Assembly (NCBI GenBank): GCA_951406725.2
Contig: OX597814.1
Coordinates: 77,748,001-77,812,000 of the forward strand
Length of the DNA stretch: 64,000 nt
Direction of reading: 5' to 3'
Origin: Octopus vulgaris
Lineage: Eukaryota
Shown here: positions 1-12,789 of the stretch, piece after piece
Layout: the number at the start of each line of letters is the position of its first letter
How positions within the stretch are numbered: the first letter of the stretch is position 1
The notes under the pieces: generated by a model
Seen by the model: only the letters and a program-made list of their open reading frames with translations
The model's database searches: none
What the model was told of the DNA's origin: nothing
Position numbers and translations under genes: made by a program

Positions 1-985
1 CAATGTATTGAACATTATAATAAATATAAACATTGTTTTGTTAAATAATGTCAAATATTTCATTGATTGTATTACAAAGAAGAGCTGAAAACGTGAAACA
101 GAAATAGTGTTGAAATAACTAACACTATGTAACAATATTAATATCTAGAAATCAAAAGAAATTACTACTATTCCCTTCAAACTTTGTTTTTGTGACCTAG
201 ACATCTGTGTTTTGAAACTGACCTATTTTACATTATATTTCAGACAGATTCAGTGCTAAGTTGCTGAAGCAGAAATATCATTAGAGCAAATATTCTGCTC
301 AGTACTACAGATTTGCTTGTCAGTTGCTTGACCTCATCCCTTAGTATGAACATGTCTCTTAGTGGCTGTCAATATGTGTATCTCTGGTCAAGAGCAGGAG
401 TAGTGGGGTTGCATCATAGCCATGTGTTGAGAGGGACTCTTTGGGGTTTGAATAAATGTAACAAAAGTAAAGTTTCAAGGAAGTATTAGCTATTTTTCAT
501 ATTTTCTAGGAGTAAGCAAATGGGAAATAACAGTTGCTATCCAAGGACAAAAATCGTGTTACACGGTGTAATACATTCCTGTTAAAAAAAGTATCAGCCT
601 TATCATATGCAATATTTCAAAGAAATATAGAATGAAGAAATACAATACTAGCTTTCCTCTGCTAATTATTGTCAATATAATGATCTGCATATAATTTCCA
701 AAAATTCTCTTCTGGTGTGGCAATATAAAAGATTCTGTGACAGACTAAATCTAATTCAACTGCAGGCATTGCAACGAACATCTTAAATGTAATAATAGAC
801 AGCAAACAAATTAAAAATAGATCAGGCACAGGAGTGGCTGTGTGGTAAGAAGTTTGCCTACCAATAACATATGTTGGGTTCAGTTCCACCCTGTGGCACC
901 TTGGCCAAGTGTCTTCTACTTTAGCCTTGGGCTGACCAATGCCTTGTGAGTGAATTTGGTTGATGGAAACTGGAAGAAGTCTGTT

Positions 986-1034
<49 letters not shown>

Positions 1035-1043
1035 GTATATATA

Positions 1044-1470
1044 TCATCATCATCATCGTTTAACGTCCGCTTTCCATGCCAGCATGGGTTGGACGGTTCA
1101 ACTGGGGTCTGGCAAGCCCGAAGGCTGCACCAGGCCAGTCAGATCTGGCAGTGTTTCTACAGCTGGATGCCCTTCCTAATGCCAACCACTCCGAGAGTGT
1201 AGTGGGTGATTTTATGTGCCACCGACACAGGTGCCAGACGAGGCTGGCAGATGGCCATGCTCGGATGGTGTTTTTTATGTGCCACCGACACAGGTGCCAG
1301 ACGAGGCTGGCAGACGGCCACGCTCGGATGGTGTTTTTTATGTGCCACCGACACAGGTGCCAGATGAGGCTGGCAGGCAGCCACGCTCGGATGGTGTTTT
1401 CTTATGTGCCACCGACACAGGTGCCAGACGAGGCTGGCGAATGGCCATGCTCGGATGGTGTTTGTTAGGT
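1044..1470 (-). mobile_element. RTE-LINE 3' end / RTE-tailed SINE (family B) with four ~63-bp internal repeats
   Basis: (CAT)n tail then CGTTTAACGTCCGCTTTCCATGC...; tandem TTTATGTGCCACCGACACAGGTGCCAGACGAGGCTGGC units. Confidence 0.8.
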
Positions 1471-1704
1471 GCCCACAGCACGGAGGCCAGTCGATCCGGT
1501 ACTGGCTATGGTCACGTTCGGATGGTTTTCTTATGTACCACCGGCACTGGTACCACAAGGATACAAATTCCATTGATGTTCATCTATTTTGATTTGGTTT
1601 GATTTGATTTGATTTTCACTTGCTTCAACAGGTCTTCACAAGTGTCACAAGAAGGAAGGTATGCACAGGTGGACTGACTACGTTCCAGGTAGGGGCCACG
1701 GGTT

Positions 1705-1985
1705 ATGGCTTCACAGCCTCGTCTGGCACCTGTGTCGGTGGCACATAAAAACACCATCCGTGCGTGGCCGTTCGCCAGCCTCGTCTGGCACCTGTGTCGG
1801 TGGCACATAAAATCACCCACTACACTCTCGGAGTGGTTGGCGTTAGGAAGGGCATCCAGCTGTAGAAACACTGCCAGATCTGACTGGCCTGGTGCAGCCT
1901 TCGGGCTCCCCAGACCCCAGTTGAACCGTCCAACCCATGCTAGCATGGAAAGCGGACGTTAAATGATGATGATGATGATGATGAT
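1705..1985 (+). mobile_element. Family B copy, inverted relative to 1044-1470
   Basis: near-identical reverse complement of about 1044-1290, ends in (GAT)n. Confidence 0.85.
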
Positions 1986-2329
1986 ATATATATATATATA
2001 TATATATGTATAAGTGTGTGTGTCTTTGTATCTGTGTTTATCCTCCACCAGTGTTGGTGTCTTTATGTCCCAGTAACTTTGCAATTTTGACAAAAGAGAC
2101 CAATAGTATAAGTACCAAGCTTTAAAAAAATTGTAAGTATTGGGGTCAATTCTCTTGACTAAAATTCTTCAAGGTGGTTCTCCAGCATGGCCACAGTAAA
2201 ATGACTGAAACAAGTAAAAGATAAAAGTTAAACAAGTTTGATCTATTTCTTGGTTTGTTCTCATTTTCTGATTTTCTTGGTAATTTGATTATTGTTATAT
2301 CTAACTCTTCATTTTGAGAAAAGAGAATG

Positions 2330-3205
2330 TATAGAAGCTCTTTAAGGGTTGATATAGCATCACATGATGTGGAAGACAACTGGAGGTTTCTACGGGACAA
2401 CCTGTTAAGGGCTACTGACTAGATCTGTGGCTGGTGCAAAGTCCCCTCTTGACTCATGGTAATGTGGTGGTGGAATAATGTAGTTGACAGGGCCATTAGG
2501 GAAAAGAAACAGGCATAGAAGGACTGGAAAAATGGTGGTTGCGGGGAATTGTATCAAATTGTCAGAAGAGAAGATAGGAGACAGGTTTACTTAGCCAGAG
2601 GGGAAGCAGATAAAAAAATTTGCCAATGTTCTGCATCATGAGGACCAAAGACTTGAAGTATTTTGTGTTGCAAGACAGTGTGTGAGAGAGAATTGTGATG
2701 TCATAGGAGAGAAATGTGTCTGCATGGATGATGGCTCATTTGCATTTAATGAGGCTGCAAGGAGAGAAATGTGGGGATGCCACTATGAAAGGTTGCTAAA
2801 TGAATGGGAGAAAGCGAGTCTACCAAATGTTTACCCAACAGAGGGACCAGCTATCTGAATTGACAGTACCTTGGTATATAAAGCAATTAAGGGTATGAAG
2901 ACTGGGAAAGTCCCCAGCCCATCAGGGATCACTGCAGAGATGCTTAAAATATCTGGAGGTGTTTGCTATAGTCTAGTCACCTGTAAAGTCAGTCAGGTGA
3001 TACATGAAGGAGTCATACCTAATGACTGGTGTAGTAGCACCATAGTCAACTGCTTCAAAGGTAAAGGTGGTGCATTAGATATGAATAATTACAGAGGTAT
3101 CATGTTGTTGGATCAGGTAATGAAAGTCACGGGGAGGGTCATAGCCCAACTAATTAGGGAGAGAGTCAGTCTAGACAAGATGCAGTTTGGGTTTGTGCCA
3201 GATAA
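2330..3205 (+). mobile_element. RTE-clade LINE fragment (region upstream of and at the start of RT), degenerate
   Basis: AIKGMKTGKVPSPSGITAEML...KGKG...NYRGI...QFGFVP; stops and frameshifts; homologous to 62147 onward. Confidence 0.88.
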
Positions 3206-3978
3206 AAAGCATCCAGTACGCTTTGTAAAGTGGTTGGCATAAGAGTCAGACACAGAACGTGATGCTGTCCTTGGACTCATCAGATCCATGCCAACAAGGA
3301 AGATGGAAAGTAAAAGACAATGGTGATGATGCTGTTCATGTATTAGTAATAAAATCTATCTATGGCTGGGTTCTAACCCAGGCTGTAGAACAAAGTCTAC
3401 TTGAAACACTTCCTGGTCTAACATCACTGCCTCAAAGTCCTGGATACATTTTAGGCCAGTATCTATGATCAAGTTGTTGATGTAAGTGTGATATGAAATT
3501 GTAGCACATCATAAGATATGAGATATGAAAGCTAAAATTCATATGGGAATTTGATATGATAATTCAAATCAAATTTACTCATCAACAAATGAGAAATTAT
3601 GGTTGTATAATTGGCCAGACAACCCAATTGTTGTGAATTGAATGTTTTTTTGTTTAATTAATAAATCCAAAGAGTATGGCCTAGAACCAAAAGTTTCTGA
3701 CAGTGACAGAATCTTTGATCTATTTGTCTGAAGTTTTAGAGATGTTTTACTATATACTTATCAAATTTAATGATAATCATTGATTAGAAGTGGTGCTTGT
3801 TTTAAAGTAGACTTAGACAGGTAGAGTAATAAGTTTCAGTTTCTTGATTAAAGCTTTCTTGCTATGTTACTGGTTTTTTAGCACCAGGTTTGCTCTGAGA
3901 GTTGAGCAGACCTATAATCAAAGGTATTCTAGTAGTGACCATCCTGCTTTTTATCCAGTTATAATGCATGTAGAAATA

Positions 3979-5252
3979 CGAGGGGCGTTCAATAAGTAAT
4001 GCCCCTGACCCACTTCCCATAGCAGTAGAGCAACGAAACTTGGCAGAGTTATTAGTCTTTTTCTACATAGGAACCACCCAGAGTTACGCATTTCTCCCAT
4101 CGTTTGATACGGCTCTGGAGACCGTTTTTGTAGAAGGACCCAGCTTGGTCCTCCAACCTCAACGTGACTTCAGAAATCAAGGCTGCATCATCTGGGAAAC
4201 GCTTTCCTTTCAAAAACAACTTCATGATTGGGAAGAGGTGAAAATCAGAGGGTGCAAGGTCAGGAAAGTAGGGGGGATGGGGAGGCGTTCATAGCCATAC
4301 ACCTGTGCTTCTGATCTGGCGACAAGCAAGTTGTGGACCAGAGCGTTGTCCTGCAGGAGGAGGATGCCTTTGCTGATCTTGCCCCGCCTCTTGATTTTGA
4401 TAACTTCTCTTAATTTCCTCAAAAGTGAAGCATAATAGGCTCCTGCAATTGTGGTACCCTTTGCCAGGAAATCTGTCATCACTACTCCGTCCTGGTCCCA
4501 GAAGACTGTGAGCATGACCTTGCCAGTGGAGGGCTGCATCCTTGCCTTCTTTGGAGGGGGTGAGTCACGGTGCTTCCACTGCATTGACTGGGCTTTGGTC
4601 TCTGGATCATCGTGATGGACCCAGGTTTCATCCTGTGTAATCAGTCTTTTGAAAAATTTTGACTCATCTTCTTGGCACATCTCCAAATTCACCCTCGAGC
4701 TTCTGGAAAGGCGTGAGCAACCTGGGAATCCATCTGGCAGACACCTTTTACATATGCAAATGGTCATGAATGATAGTTTCCACAGACCCGGTACTAATCT
4801 TGACCTCATGGGCTATTTGGCGAATAATTATGCGTTGATCTTCGAAAATGGCAGCCTTAACTTGACGGACAGATGCCTCATCAATGGTAGAAGGGGGCGA
4901 CCAGATCTGGGAGCTGTTTCCACAGAGTTCCGACCATGTTTGAATTCACGATGCCAACGTTTTACAAGGTCATATGATGGGGCATCATCACCATAAGTTA
5001 CTTTCATTTCATCAAAAGTCTCCCGTGGTGTGCGTCCTTTCAAATACAAAAACCGGATCACTGCTCGACACTCAACAGGCTCCATTTCACACTTGACTCG
5101 GTTCAAACACCTGTAAATTAGAAACCACAATTACTTCAGAGCTGTAATTTGCCACTTACTCTATAGAGATATAAATGATTGCACATGCAAAATTTCAGCT
5201 AGATCAAACAACTGCAAGTGGGTCAGAGGCATTACTTATTGAACGTCCCTCG
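3979..5252 (-). mobile_element. Full-length (1274 bp) mariner DNA transposon, transposase pseudogenised
   Basis: 37-bp TIRs CGAGGG(G/A)CGTTCAATAAGTAATGCC(C/T)CTGACCCACTT, TA on both sides; motifs ITQDETWVH, VMLTVFWD, LLQDNA, frameshifted HPPYFPDLAPSDFHLF. Confidence 0.95.
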
Positions 5253-5451
5253 TACATTATTCAAAGTATCTTTGTTTTTATTTTAGTAGGATAGGTGTGA
5301 TTTTAGAGATATTTGGTTATTGTTTCTAGCAGGATGAATTATCTTGTGGAAGTTTCTTACTGGTTCATTCTTGTCATTATTTGAACCCAAAATAGTGATC
5401 TTTTTTTCATTTCAAAAAAATAATTTAAAGGTTTGGTTTATTCTTTTACAG

Positions 5452-5606
5452 CTGCAAGTTCTGATTTATGTAAAAGCCATACTTATGGACCAGTCCACAG
5501 TACTCCAACTGATTCAAAGAAACTTACATCTTACTCTATGGGAACTACAGATGAAAGTCTGGGAGTTGTGCGAGAACTTGATTTTCAGCCCAAGAGTTCT
5601 GAAGAT
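5452..5606 (+). CDS. CEP162: CEP162 ortholog, first exon identified in window (internal exon, phase 1 to 0)
   Basis: ttttacag acceptor, GAT|gtaagt donor; reads (A)ASSDLCKSH...QPKSSED and joins in frame to all downstream exons. Confidence 0.7.
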
Positions 5607-5669
5607 GTAAGTAGTTTTATTTAATTGTGTATTTGTTTTGCAAAATTCTTGATGTGAAATCATGTGTTG

Positions 5670-6300
5670 AAACAGATATTGTTATACTTGGGGATGGTCA
5701 TATTTTGCCAATTAAACACATGCACTATATGTTTGGCCTTTACTTCAGCTTTCATAGACCTGCCTCTGTGCCGGTGGCACGTAAAAGCACCATCCGATTG
5801 TGGCCGTTGCCAGCCTTGCCTGGCCTCCGTGCCGGTGGCACGTAAAAAGCACCATCCGATGGTGGCCGTCTTCCAGCCTCGTCTGGCACCTGTGCTTGTG
5901 GCACGTAAAAAGCACCCACTACACTCACAGAGTGGTCGGCGTTAGGATGGGCATCCAGCCGTAGAAACATTGCCAGATCAGACTGGGCCTGGTGCAGCCT
6001 TCTGGCTTCCCAGACCCCAGTTGAACCGTCCAACCCATGCTAGCATGGAAAGCGGACGCTAAACGATGATGATGATGATGATGATTTTAGTTTTGTCATA
6101 CATCCTGTGACCTCTTCAGCAACTCTTTATCCCATGTGTCTCCTCTTGTTCTGCTGGCAGGACAAGAGACACGTGTGTGATGAAAGAGCTTTGAGAAAAA
6201 CAAAAATAATAATAATAAAGCTGAGGTAAAGACAGTATATATAATGCATATGTTTAATTGGCAAAATGCGACCATTTCCAAGTATAACAATATTTATTTT
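5670..6300. mobile_element. Degenerate MITE with ~80-bp TIRs, containing a family B retroposon (5757-6085, +)
   Basis: 5670-5752 is an imperfect reverse complement of 6217-6300. Confidence 0.65.
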
Positions 6301-6537
6301 ATTACTTTGTTTGCTATGTCAATATACATGAAAGGCAGAGTGCAAGAGAGTTTGCATAAAAAAAAAACAACAACAAAAAATTCATGGTTTATCATCAATG
6401 TGTACAGCTGTGCTAAGCAGATTTGTAAGATATACTATTAGTGGACAAAGTGTTGTGAGTTAATGAAAATCACAGAAGGAAAATATGGAAAAGAAATAAA
6501 TCAAAGAAGTCTAGGGTTTTTCAGAAAAGATGTTGGT

Positions 6538-6870
6538 AGGCACAGGTGTGGCTTGTGTGGTTAGGATGCTTGCTTTCCAACCATGTGGTCTTAGGTTCAG
6601 TCCCACTGTGTAGCACCTTGAGCAAGTACCTTCTACTATAACCCCAAAACAACCAAATCCTTGCGAGTGGATTTAGTAGATGTGTGTGTTTGTTTCCCAT
6701 CATTACTTGACAACTGGTGTTGGTTTGCTTACATCCCTGTAACTTAGTAGTTCAATAAAAGGGAAAGATAGAATAAATGTCAGGCTTTAAAAATATTGTG
6801 TTTGACTAAGCCTTTCAAGATAGTGCCCCAGCATGGCTGCAATCCATAGACTGAAACAAGTAAAAGGTAA
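6538..6870 (+). mobile_element. Family A SINE, internally deleted
   Basis: head and tail match the other family A copies. Confidence 0.75.
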
Positions 6871-7094
6871 AATATAAAAGATAACACTGAAAAATAATCT
6901 AAATTACTAATCTGTTCAACCCATATAAGACTGGAATATGATATTAAAACATTAATAATCATTATTGTTTTATATATGATACTGAAAAAACTTTAAAAAT
7001 CTTAATTTGAAGGTGAAAATAAAAGCAGTCCACTTATGAATTGTGATAGGAAGTAAATTTTTCAGCAAAGTGGGTTATAGAAGTATTTCTAGAC

Positions 7095-7359
7095 CAGTGG
7101 TTCTCAACTGGGGTCCATATGACCCTTAGGGTTCCATATAGTAATTTGTTAAAATTCATGTGCAATAAATTTATACTTTATATGCAATAAAGTTATACTT
7201 CCACAAAATATTTCAACGATTTTTAAATACAATTCCTAATAATATTTAAACATAGAAATGCAATAAGATTTTTAAAAACATTAAATGGTTATGAGTGTCC
7301 ATCTGAGTGAAATAGGAATCAAATGAGGTTCATAGGAAAAAAATGGTTGGAAATCACTA
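7095..7359. mobile_element. hAT/Charlie-like MITE
   Basis: CAGTGGTTCTCAAC...GTTGGAAATCACTA termini; imperfect 8-bp TSD TTCTAGAC/TTCTGGAA; second copy inverted at 48827-49079. Confidence 0.7.
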
Positions 7360-7692
7360 TTCTGGAAGATTTTCTCCCAAGCTCTACTCATGGGAAGATT
7401 TAAACTTTGTTTACCAAGTTAAAATTCTTCTTGGTTTCTTAGTCACACTGCTCCTGTTTTGCCCAGTACTGAACTAGCTCTGCTGTCATAGGATTCTTAT
7501 TTGCTGTTAGATAAATTGAACTGCTTAAAGTTTTGACTGTGTTAAAAAAATTTAATTGTTCTGGCTATGGGAAAAGTGTAGCATTGGTAAAATGATATAG
7601 CCATTAATCTTTGACATGTCAATCCTCCAATATGAAACTGTTGAGTTCTTGAAGATAAATATTACAAGTATTATTACCTTTCTTTTGGCTAT

Positions 7693-7770
<78 letters not shown>

Positions 7771-7861
7771 CACACACATACCATCATCATATATATTTTA
7801 ATACTTTGCATGTACCATGTCCTTGCATTGTTCTTTTGTTTTTTCTTCGTTTTTTTTTAAA

Positions 7862-7894
<33 letters not shown>

Positions 7895-8678
7895 CCATCA
7901 TCATCATTTAATGTCCATCTACTATGCTGCAATGCTTTGATAGGAGCTGGCAAATCAGAAGGATGCACCAAGCTCTCATGTCTGCTTTGGCATGGTTTCT
8001 ATAGCTGGATGTCTTTCCTAATGCCAACCACTTTATAGAATGTAGTGGGTGCTTTTTACATGGCATCAGCACCAGTGAGATCACCAAGTGACTTGCAAAA
8101 CAAGACCCCTTCAACTAAAGAAAGGGTAGGATTTAAAGAGAGTGCTTTGTGTCGGGTGATGAGAGGTTAGAATATGGTAAAGGGATAGAAGCAGGTGTCT
8201 TGCAATGGAGGAGCTACATTTCTGCCCCAGTTGAAAAAATAAAGGAAGAGAGAGAGAGAGAGATGGAGAAACTGAAGATGTATTGGTGTTACAGGGTGGG
8301 GGATATAAGTGAAGTGGATTGGACAGGGTGAGTGGGCAGGTAAGTTTGTGAGTGTGTGAAAGGAGAATGGGGAATGCAGTGAGTGAACACAGACGAAGGG
8401 AAGGGGTTAGGAAGATGAACTGTGGTGGAGAGGGGTATAGGGCCTCAATTTTACTTTTATCCCCCCCCCCCTCCCCAAAAAACCCCTCATATTGTTGGGA
8501 GGATGGGAATTGGTCTCTTGTTTACAGTAATACTTCTTTGAAAAGCACAAGTGTTGTGGGTGAAACCATTTTAAAGTAGGAATAATGATTGGGCAATTGA
8601 TGTTGAAACAAGGAAATGATACATACAAATAATGATTAGCTTACACTTTCTTGCATGATTTTGCTTTAATTTATCTAG

Positions 8679-8745
8679 ATCAAGAACACTTCAGAGGGAA
8701 CTGGCATTGTTGGAAACTCCACCGGTGAAGATAGACTTACAAATG
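8679..8745 (+). CDS. CEP162: CEP162 exon 2 (window numbering)
   Basis: tctag|ATC...AATG|gtatgt; IKNTSEGTGIVGNSTGEDRLTN; phase 0 to 1. Confidence 0.7.
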
Positions 8746-9244
8746 GTATGTTTTTGTTTTTTTACAAAGGCTATCTAAAGGCAGAAACAGTAAACAGGTA
8801 GACAAAATCTTTATGGTGTCCACCACCACCACCACCACCACCACCACCACCACCACCACCACCACCACCATCATCACCATCATCTGTCATAATCATAGTT
8901 ATCATCATCATTTAGTGCCTGTTTTCCATGCTGGCATGGGTTGGACATTTTACTGGAGCTGGTAAGACCAGGGACTGCACCAGGCTCCATTGTATGTTCT
9001 GACATGGTTTCTATGGCTGGATGCCCTTCCTAATGCCAACCACTCTACAGAGTGTATTGGATGTTTTTTAAGTGGCACCAGTACCATCATCAATTCTATT
9101 GTGGCAGATGGATCTTCTTGAGTACAGGTCTTCTTGAATATTATTATTTGTCTTTGATAAACAAAATACGGCAATACTTGTGCAGTTATTTCTATTTCCT
9201 CTTTTCTAATACAGCTGCTACACTTTTTGAAAATTCAAACATTC

Positions 9245-9289
<45 letters not shown>

Positions 9290-10039
9290 TATGAGTTGCC
9301 AGTGATAAAAGCTGCAGGTATGGGTGTATGGCTTTGGGTTCAGTTCCACTGCACATTGCTTTGGCCAAGTGTCTTCTGCTACAACCTAATAAAGGAGTGG
9401 AATTGAACCAGTACATGTGTTAAATGTATAGGTGTAAGACTCTACCTAGACTCAACAAAATTTGTTTTGACATACAAATTCACATTATAGAATCTTGCAA
9501 ACCTACAAAAATGAAGTAATAATAATAATGATGATGGCATCCCTAAGCCTTGGCTGATAACCAAGTTAGAGTTGGTGTTGTATTTGGGGTGGCCCTTTTC
9601 ATTAAAGCCTCAACTTAACATACCTGGAGAGCAAACCTTGTAGAAAATCATTCTCATTCATTGCAATGATGATAACTGATACCAATCCAAATAATAGTGT
9701 GAACAGGAAGACTCCCTTGGGTGTCCAAGATACCGGCTCTCCTGCACCTAGCAGGGGCCCCTCAGAGAACAATTGAGTGGAAGACCAGACTCCACCTGGT
9801 TGTGGTCCCTTTACTACTCAAAATACGCAATGTGCTTGCAAATGCAAGTGGCTTGTTGATGGTTTCACTTAGAACTCCATGCATACTGCATAAAGTACTG
9901 TCTGTCTGATGTCCTTGTTGTGACTTGACAGACAGTACAATCTCCGGTAGACATAATACCTTCAATCTACAACATTACAATATTGGATACTGTGCAACAT
10001 CCTACATAATAAAAACAACAATAATAATCCTTTCAACTA

Positions 10040-10200
10040 TAGGCACAATGCCTGAAATTTTGAGTGGGTGGGAGCAAGTTGATTACATTGACCCCACTGC
10101 TCAACTGGTATTTATTTTATTGACCCCAAAAGTATGAAAGACAAAATAGACCTCAGTGAATTCTGAACTTGGAACATAAAGCTGGAAGAAATGCTGCTAA
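10040..10200 (-). mobile_element. Meta-domain-like SINE (family C), interrupted by the family A copy at 10200-10610 (+)
   Basis: reverse complement of GTTCxGAGTTCAAATT...CTTTCAT...GGGGTCAATAAAATAAxTACCAGTT; related copies 13750-13960, 47510-47725, 54495-54700. Confidence 0.6.
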
Positions 10201-10353
10201 GGAGTGGCTGTGTGGTAAGTAGCTTGCTTACCAACCACATGGTTCCAGGTTCAGTCCCACTGCTTGGCACCTTGGGCAAGTGTCTTCTACTATAGTCTCG
10301 GGCCGACAAAGCCTTGTGAGTGGTAGATGGAAACTGAAAGAAGCCCGTCGTAT

Positions 10354-10417
<64 letters not shown>

Positions 10418-10875
10418 GTATATGTTTGTGTGTCTGTGTTTGACAACCGATGGTGGTGTGTTTACATGCCCATAACTTAGCGGTTCAGCAAAAAAGACTG
10501 ATAGAAGAAGTACTAGGCTTACAAAGAATAAGTCCTGGAGTCGATTTGCTCGACTAAAGGCAGTGCTCCAGCATGGTCACAGTCAAATGAGTGAAACAAG
10601 TAAAAGAGAGAGTAAGTATTTTTTCAGCATGCTAATGATTCTGCTAGAAAGTAGCTTATATCAGTCAAGTACTTTGTATCATTTGCACTCTTAGTATTCA
10701 TGTATTACAGAAAATAAAAACCCAACTAATTTGATATATTAGTGATATAATTAGAACCAAATATAATTTTTTCATCTCTTCATTAGTTGTAATCCTTCAA
10801 TGGATAATTAGAAATAAAGAGAATGAGGCTGTGCATCATTGCTATCATCAACAAAAAGTACTATATGTTTTTCAG

Positions 10876-10918
10876 TTTCTGTAACATCTGGAGTGATCAA
10901 TGAGTTCCAGGAAAGCAA
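10876..10918 (+). CDS. CEP162: CEP162 exon 3
   Basis: ttttcag acceptor, gtaagt donor; VSVTSGVINEFQES; phase 1 to 2. Confidence 0.7.
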
Positions 10919-11106
10919 GTAAGTACATATATACACATAACTATATTTACATACATCTATATATAAAATTAGTGTACATATCTATGCACAAAAGAGGTGA
11001 ACTTAACAGGACACCTTACATGTTAAAAAGAGCAGTCAAAGCCCAAACCACAGATAAGAGTAATTTCAAAGGGGATGAAAACTAAAAGCATTTTCAATAG
11101 TTACCA

Positions 11107-11174
11107 CATGTATCTAGGTTTCAAACATCAATGAACAAATAAAATAATTTGCCATCTGTGTCCTCATCAGCATG
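11107..11174 (-). ncRNA. Degenerate hammerhead ribozyme motif with long stem II
   Basis: minus strand: catg CTGATGA ggacac...atgttt GAAA cctaga TA catg. Confidence 0.5.
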
Positions 11175-11322
11175 GGTGCTATAATTAATGTATATTTGTG
11201 GAACATTGTAGACACACATGTTCTATCTATATACATTATAATTTTTCAAATCCACCACACAAGCGCAGTTATAGTTGGCAGCAGATAAAAATTTATATAC
11301 CAACATTTCTTCAAAATTACAA

Positions 11323-12735
11323 TTCCCATGGCCACTCCCGAGACTTGCTGGTAAAAATCATCCGCAAATGAGAAGCAGTTAAGTGAGAGGACAAGTTTGG
11401 CTGGACAAAGGAGTGTGGATGTGTCAGGTTGGAGGTTAGGTTGAAGGTCGCCCCATTTCTCTTCATCATTGTCATTGACTATGTGCTACGTATGTCAGTT
11501 GATACCATTTCTGGCAAGGGCTTTGAAATAAAACCTAGAAGAAGTTCCAGACACCCAGCTGAATACTTGACAGACACTGACTTTGCTGACGACATTGCTC
11601 TTATCAGTGATTCTCTCTCTCCAAGGCCCAGTCTCTTTTACAATCTCTCGAACAAGCCTCAAATTGTGTAAGTCTTTACCTCAATGAGACCAAGACTGAA
11701 TACGTAAACAAGTGCCTGTCCAACAGTAATTGCATCATCCATACTCTCAACAATGCGCCCTTAAATATGGTTTCTGATAACAAATATCATCATCTGGAAA
11801 AGATTTTCTAACTAGAAAGTGTATGGCCTGGTCAGCCTTTAATGATATGCATAAGATCTGGTCATCAAATCTAACTAGAGACTTCAGACTTAAAATCTTC
11901 AAAGCCACAGTTGAACCAATTCTACTATACGGCTCAGAAACCTGGATATTATCAAAGAAGCGTGAGAGGCGGTTGGATGGAACCTACACTTGCCTCCTTA
12001 TGAGAACTCAAAATCTCTCGTGGAAGTGTCATCTAACCAAAATGCAAATATATGGGATACTACCACCTGTGTCATCTCTTGTGAAAGGTAGGAGAGTCCA
12101 GTTTGCTGGACATTGTTGTCGAGCTGAAAACGAGGCAATTTCTACTTTTCTTCTCTGGAAGCCATCTACTTGCGATACCAGAGGGCGCACACTCTCCTAG
12201 CCTGATGTAATCTCCAGGGATACAGGCATCCAGCAACAGGATCTCCGTAATGCTATGATGGACCATGAAGTCTGGCGTAGCATGGTAAATTCCATTGTCT
12301 CGACCACGGTCGAACAATGATGATGATGATGAAGGTCACGCAGCCCTTGTGGTGAGGGATCACCGTGTATAGTCTCTTGATGTCAAGAGTGAAGAGAAGT
12401 TTAGAGGGGCCAGGAAGGAAGGAGAAAGAGTTGAACAAATGAAGTATCATGGATGTGAGGAAGGAGGGGCATGGACATGGTCAAGATATCTGGAGATGAG
12501 TTCGATGGGGCAGTTGCAGGCGGAGATGATGGTGGTCAGGGTTGTTAGGTTTGTGGATTTTGGGGAGGAAGTAAACTGTGGGGGTGCGAGGGGTGCAGAC
12601 AATGAGGTTAGAGGCGGTGAGGGGAGACAGGAGGAGGAGATGAGGTCATGGATAGTGGGGGACACAGTCTGTTGGTAGCTGGGCATGGGGCTGGAGGGCA
12701 GACGGCAGTCAAAGGAGGTGTCTTGAAGTAGGCGG
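11323..12735 (-). mobile_element. Penelope-like RT fragment split by an RTE insertion
   Basis: minus strand: IISACNCPIELISRYLD, LFTLDIKRLYTVIPH, resuming after the insertion as TSTLL...LVLSLNCFSFADDFYQQVSGVAMG. Confidence 0.8.
11450..12329 (+). mobile_element. 5'-truncated RTE-like LINE with (GAT)n tail and 8-bp TSD
   Basis: APFLFIIVID...DFADDIAL; LLYGSETW; TGAAGGTC at 11442-11449 and 12330-12337. Confidence 0.88.
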
Positions 12736-12789
12736 AGATACATATAAATGCACTTATTGTAACTGTCCATTGGGTAAATACCCACTTCA

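Larger units (their letters stand above)
824..2225 (+). mobile_element. tRNA-derived SINE (family A), split at its internal microsatellite by the 1044-1985 insertion
   Basis: head GGAGTGGCTGTGTGGTAAG...GGTTCAGTTCCAC (A/B-box-like) at about 824-990; tail ending ACAAGTAAAAGA at about 2010-2225; many copies in window. Confidence 0.8.

Noticed and set aside
510-590. Possible upstream CEP162 exon after ttttctag
   Set aside because: No convincing donor site and no recognisable similarity.
824-900. tRNA genes at SINE heads
   Set aside because: A/B-box-like motifs only; no full cloverleaf, and they continue into SINE bodies.
1076-1962. Repetitive ORFs (MCHRHRCQTRLA...) and a CRISPR-like look of the 63-bp repeats
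   Set aside because: These are tandem units within a retroposon 3' UTR; there are no unique spacers and no cas genes, and the context is eukaryotic.
9540-10010. Possible R4/Dong-like LINE 3' remnant (…ILHKVLSV*) with a 12-bp hairpin near 9895-9938
   Set aside because: Similarity is too short and degenerate to support without a search.
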